DNA of 64,000 nucleotides, from NCBI GenBank assembly GCA_020847075.1, contig JADLCS010000050.1, positions 2,026 through 66,025 of the forward strand. The letters run 5' to 3'. The notes beneath the pieces are model-generated. The model was not told the DNA's origin. It did no database searches and saw only the letters and a program-made list of their open reading frames with translations. Position numbers and translations under genes: made by a program. Position 1 is the first letter of the stretch, and every line of letters begins with the position of its first letter. Positions 60,735 to 64,000 of this stretch are shown here, one piece after another. Origin of the DNA: Gammaproteobacteria bacterium. Its GTDB lineage: Bacteria > Pseudomonadota > Gammaproteobacteria > SZUA-140.

Positions 60735-62696
60735 TCAGACGATGACGAACACGAGCAGCAGGAGCAGCAGCCCGAGGATCATCGCGAAGGCGTAATGATA
60801 CAGGAATCCGCTCTGCGCGTGCCGGATCCGCGCGGCGATCCAGCCGATCCCGCGCGCGGTCCCGTTCACCATGACGCCGTCGATCACCGTGACGTCTCCG
60901 GCGCGCCAGAACACGCGGCCGAGACGGCGCCCGCCGCCGGCGAAGAAGAAGTCATTGAACTGGTCGGCGTAGTAATTGCGCTCCAGCAGCCGGTTGAGCG
61001 GCGCGAGATTGCGCTGGATGGTGTCGGCGATGTCGGGGCGCTTCATATAGATGAACCACGCGGTGGCGAGCCCGGCCATGGCGAACCAGAACGGCAGGCC
61101 GAGCAGGCCGTGCAACACGAAGCCAGCCGCACCGGTGAAATGCTCGCCCAGGTGCGCCAGGGTATCGTGCGCCGGGTCGACCGTGATGGCGTCGCCGAAC
61201 CAGTCGCCGAACAGCAGCGGCCCGACGGTGAGCGCGCCGATGACGAGCGAGGGTATGGCGAGCAGGACCAGCGGCGCCGTCACCACCCGGGGCGATTCGT
61301 GCAGATGCTCCCGCGTATGGTGATCCATGCGCTCCTCGCCGTGGAACACCAGGAAGAACATGCGGAAGGAATACAGCGCCGTCACAAACACACCGAGCAG
61401 CACCGCGACGTAGGCGAAGCCGGCGCCGGGCAGATCGGAGGCATGTACCGCCTCGATGATGGCGTCCTTGGAGAAGAAACCGGAGGTGCCCGGAAATCCG
61501 ATCAGCGCCAGCGAGCCGATCAGCGCCGTCCAGTAGGTGACCGGCATGTACTTCTTCAGCCCACCCATGTGGCGGATGTCCTGGTCGTGGTGCATGGCGA
61601 TGATGACCGAGCCGGCGGCGAGGAACAGCAGGGCCTTGAAGAAGGCGTGGGTCATCAGATGGAAGACGCCGGCGGCGTAGGCCGAGGCCCCCAGCGCCAC
61701 CACCATGTACCCGAGCTGGGACAGCGTCGAGTAGGCCACCACGCGCTTGATATCGTTCTGCACGATGCCGAGCAGGCCCATGAAGAAGGCCGTGATCGCG
61801 CCGATCACCAGCACCACGCTGAGCGCGGTGGTGGATAATTCATACAGCGGCGACATACGCGCGACCATGAAAATGCCCGCGGTCACCATGGTCGCGGCGT
61901 GGATCAGCGCCGAGATCGGGGTCGGACCTTCCATCGAGTCGGGCAGCCAGACGTGCAGCGGGACCTGGGCCGACTTGCCCATGGCGCCGATGAACAGCAG
62001 GATGCAGATGACCGTCAGCAGCGACCACTGATGCCCGGGAATGATCTCGATCATCGTATCCTTCATCAGGGGCGCCGCGGCGAACGCCTCGGTGTAATCG
62101 AGGGTGTTGAAATAGGCCAGCACCGCGGCGATGCCGAGGACAAAGCCGAAATCGCCCACGCGGTTGACCAGAAACGCCTTGAGATTGGCGTAAATGGCGC
62201 TCTCGCGCTGGTACCAGAACCCGATCAGCAGATAGGAAGCCAGACCCACCGCTTCCCAGCCGAAGAACAGCTGCATGTAGTTGTTGGACATCACCAGCAT
62301 CAGCATGGAGAAGGTGAACAGTGCTATGTAGCTTAAGAAAAGCTGATAACCCGGATCGTCATGCATGTAGCCCACGGTGTAGATGTGGACCATCAGCGAG
62401 ACGAAGGTCACCACCAGCAGCATCAGCGTGGTGAGACGGTCGATCAGGAACCCGACTTCGAAGCGTATGCCATCGCTGACCATCCAGGTATAGACGGCCT
62501 CGTTGTAGGTCGGAGCGCCGTCCAGCACGATGTGCTTGAACACGACCAGCGACAGCACGAACGAGATCGCCACGCCGAGGATGGTCGCCCAGTGCGCGCC
62601 GGCGCGGCCGATCCTGCGCCCGAACAGACCGGCGAGGATGGCGCCGGCCAGGGGCGCAAGCGGGATCGCGAGATAGACTTTTTCCATTGCGTCCAT
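60735..62696 (-). CDS. nuoL: NADH-quinone oxidoreductase subunit L
   Basis: 653 aa. ...HVWLPDSMEGPTPISALIHAATMVTAG... plus the long C-terminal extension typical of NuoL. Confidence 0.94.
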   Translation of the reverse strand: MDAMEKVYLAIPLAPLAGAILAGLFGRRIGRAGAHWATILGVAISFVLSLVVFKHIVLDGAPTYNEAVYTWMVSDGIRFEVGFLIDRLTTLMLLVVTFVSLMVHIYTVGYMHDDPGYQLFLSYIALFTFSMLMLVMSNNYMQLFFGWEAVGLASYLLIGFWYQRESAIYANLKAFLVNRVGDFGFVLGIAAVLAYFNTLDYTEAFAAAPLMKDTMIEIIPGHQWSLLTVICILLFIGAMGKSAQVPLHVWLPDSMEGPTPISALIHAATMVTAGIFMVARMSPLYELSTTALSVVLVIGAITAFFMGLLGIVQNDIKRVVAYSTLSQLGYMVVALGASAYAAGVFHLMTHAFFKALLFLAAGSVIIAMHHDQDIRHMGGLKKYMPVTYWTALIGSLALIGFPGTSGFFSKDAIIEAVHASDLPGAGFAYVAVLLGVFVTALYSFRMFFLVFHGEERMDHHTREHLHESPRVVTAPLVLLAIPSLVIGALTVGPLLFGDWFGDAITVDPAHDTLAHLGEHFTGAAGFVLHGLLGLPFWFAMAGLATAWFIYMKRPDIADTIQRNLAPLNRLLERNYYADQFNDFFFAGGGRRLGRVFWRAGDVTVIDGVMVNGTARGIGWIAARIRHAQSGFLYHYAFAMILGLLLLLLVFVIV

Positions 62697-62710
62697 GATG
62701 TCCCGCCGCC

Positions 62711-63016
62711 TCAGCCCTTGAGAGTGTCCAGATTGGTCACATTGATGGTGCGCCGGTTACGGAACAGCACGATCAGCAGGGCCAGTCCGATCGCCGCCTC
62801 CGCCGCCGCCACCGTCAGGATGAAGAACACGAAGACCTGGCCGCCGGTGTCGCCAAGATAATGCGCAAAGGCGACGAAGTTCATGTTGACGGCGAGCAGC
62901 ATCAGTTCGATCGCCATCAGCAGGATGATCAGGTTTTTGCGGTTGAGGAATATCCCCGCCATGCTGATGCAGAACAGCACGGCGCCGAGGGTAAGAAAAT
63001 GCGACAGGGCGATCAT
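62711..63016 (-). CDS. nuoK: NADH-quinone oxidoreductase subunit K
   Basis: 101 aa with three TM helices. ...[11 protein letters not shown]...[13 protein letters not shown]... Confidence 0.92.
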   Translation of the reverse strand: MIALSHFLTLGAVLFCISMAGIFLNRKNLIILLMAIELMLLAVNMNFVAFAHYLGDTGGQVFVFFILTVAAAEAAIGLALLIVLFRNRRTINVTNLDTLKG

Positions 63017-63024
63017 GGTTCCTC

Positions 63025-63648
63025 TCAGGGTGCGGTCCGATTGTCCGGCTTCTTTTCCGCCGCCATCTTGACGATGCGCACGCGGTCGTCGCGCCGCACG
63101 CTGACCTGCTCGGCGGGGTTCTGGTACTTGGTCTCGGGCCGCCGGCGCATCGTCAGCGCGATCGCGGCCACGATCGCCACCAGCAGGATCGCTGCGGCGA
63201 TTTCAAACGGATATACATAGACGGTATAGAGCAGGCCGCCCAGCTCCTTGGTGTTGCTGTAGTCCGCCGCATGGCGCGCCGGCGCGGCAACGCTGTCCAG
63301 CCCGAAATATTGCGGACCGACCACCAGCGCCATCTCGGTCAGGATCAGCAGCGCGACCAGCGCCCCGACCGGCAGGAAACGGATGAACCCCTCGCGCAAC
63401 GGGACGATGTTGATGTCCAGCATCATCACGACGAAAAGGAACAGCACCATGACCGCGCCGACGTAGACCAGCACCAGCACGATGGCGAGAAACTCCGCTT
63501 CCAGCAGCAGCCAGATCGCTGCGCTGGTGAAGAAGGCCAGCACCAGGAACAGCGCGGCATGCACCGGGTTGCGCACGGTAATTACCGCAATGGCCGCCGC
63601 GGTCAGGATAGCCGCGAAGAGATAAAAGAGTACCGGTTCTATGTTCAT
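63025..63648 (-). CDS. nuoJ: NADH-quinone oxidoreductase subunit J
   Basis: 207-aa membrane protein between nuoI and nuoK. Confidence 0.9.
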   Translation of the reverse strand: MNIEPVLFYLFAAILTAAAIAVITVRNPVHAALFLVLAFFTSAAIWLLLEAEFLAIVLVLVYVGAVMVLFLFVVMMLDINIVPLREGFIRFLPVGALVALLILTEMALVVGPQYFGLDSVAAPARHAADYSNTKELGGLLYTVYVYPFEIAAAILLVAIVAAIALTMRRRPETKYQNPAEQVSVRRDDRVRIVKMAAEKKPDNRTAP

Positions 63649-63726
63649 GCCTGTTCTTGTCTTATATCCACAACGGTATGATCCGTCCCGCCGCCTCCGC
63701 GGCGCCCTCCCCCATGCGCCGTCCGC

Positions 63727-64000
63727 TCAGCGGAACTGCGCGTCCTGCGCGCGATCCGCGGCGATCTGCGCCTCGAACTTGTCCCCGAACGCGAGCAGCT
63801 TGTCCTTGGTCATGATGTTCTCGCCGCGCTTCTCGAAGTGGTACTCGAACACGCGCGTCTCGACGATGGCGTCGACCGGGCAGGCCTCCTCACAGAAGCC
63901 GCAATAGATGCATTTGAACAGGTCGATGTCATAGCGCGTGGTGCGCCGTGATCCGTCCGCGCGCGGCTCCGCCTCGATGGTGATCGCGAGCGCCGGACAT
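63727..64000 (-). CDS. nuoI: NADH-quinone oxidoreductase subunit I (N-terminal part beyond the window)
   Basis: Reverse translation gives ...[39 protein letters not shown]...AQDAQFR*. It has a 4Fe-4S ferredoxin motif. Confidence 0.9.
   Translation of the reverse strand, partial: CPALAITIEAEPRADGSRRTTRYDIDLFKCIYCGFCEEACPVDAIVETRVFEYHFEKRGENIMTKDKLLAFGDKFEAQIAADRAQDAQFR

Overview
High-G+C gammaproteobacterial chromosome segment. The taxon is an inference from synteny: nadB | rpoE-rseA-rseC-degP-lepA-lepB-DUF4845-rnc-era-recO-pdxJ-acpS is ordered as in Pseudomonas and Chromatiales-type genomes. Most of the window is core housekeeping on the minus strand: infB-nusA-rimP, the rpoE/lepA/rnc/era block, sdhCDAB-sdhE-ygfX, lysS-prfB-recJ, thrC-hom-aminotransferase, nlpD-pcm-surE and nuoI-N. 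A minor-pilin cluster lies at 47.2-50.5 kb.

Three accessory patches stand out.

1. 36.7-41.2 kb holds a complete chromosomal integron. It has an IntI-type integrase with a long N-terminal extension, an attI junction, and one lower-G+C cassette carrying two ORFs I cannot assign to a family (a CxxCxGxG zinc-ribbon protein and a PIN-like protein). The cassette ends in a structurally canonical 64-bp attC. A second cassette is cut off by a decayed IS407-group IS3 element, which abuts a RAYT/IS200-like transposase remnant.

2. 13.7-17.4 kb is a small islet on the 3' side of an initiator tRNA-Met. It carries two tandem paralogous secreted proteins of unknown family, a convergent stand-alone sulfotransferase, and about 470 bp of unexplained non-coding DNA.

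3. 4.8-11.5 kb holds a Fur-box-controlled fecI-fecR-fecA-type cluster. A TPR-sulfotransferase gene starts 13 bp after the receptor gene, and a second, truncated fecI copy with its own Fur box lies nearby.

Intergenic DNA carries several REP-like palindrome families and a 344-bp MITE-like unit bounded by perfect 24-bp inverted repeats. No CRISPR array or rRNA gene was seen. Many long ORFs in the track are antisense shadow ORFs typical of high-G+C DNA and were rejected.
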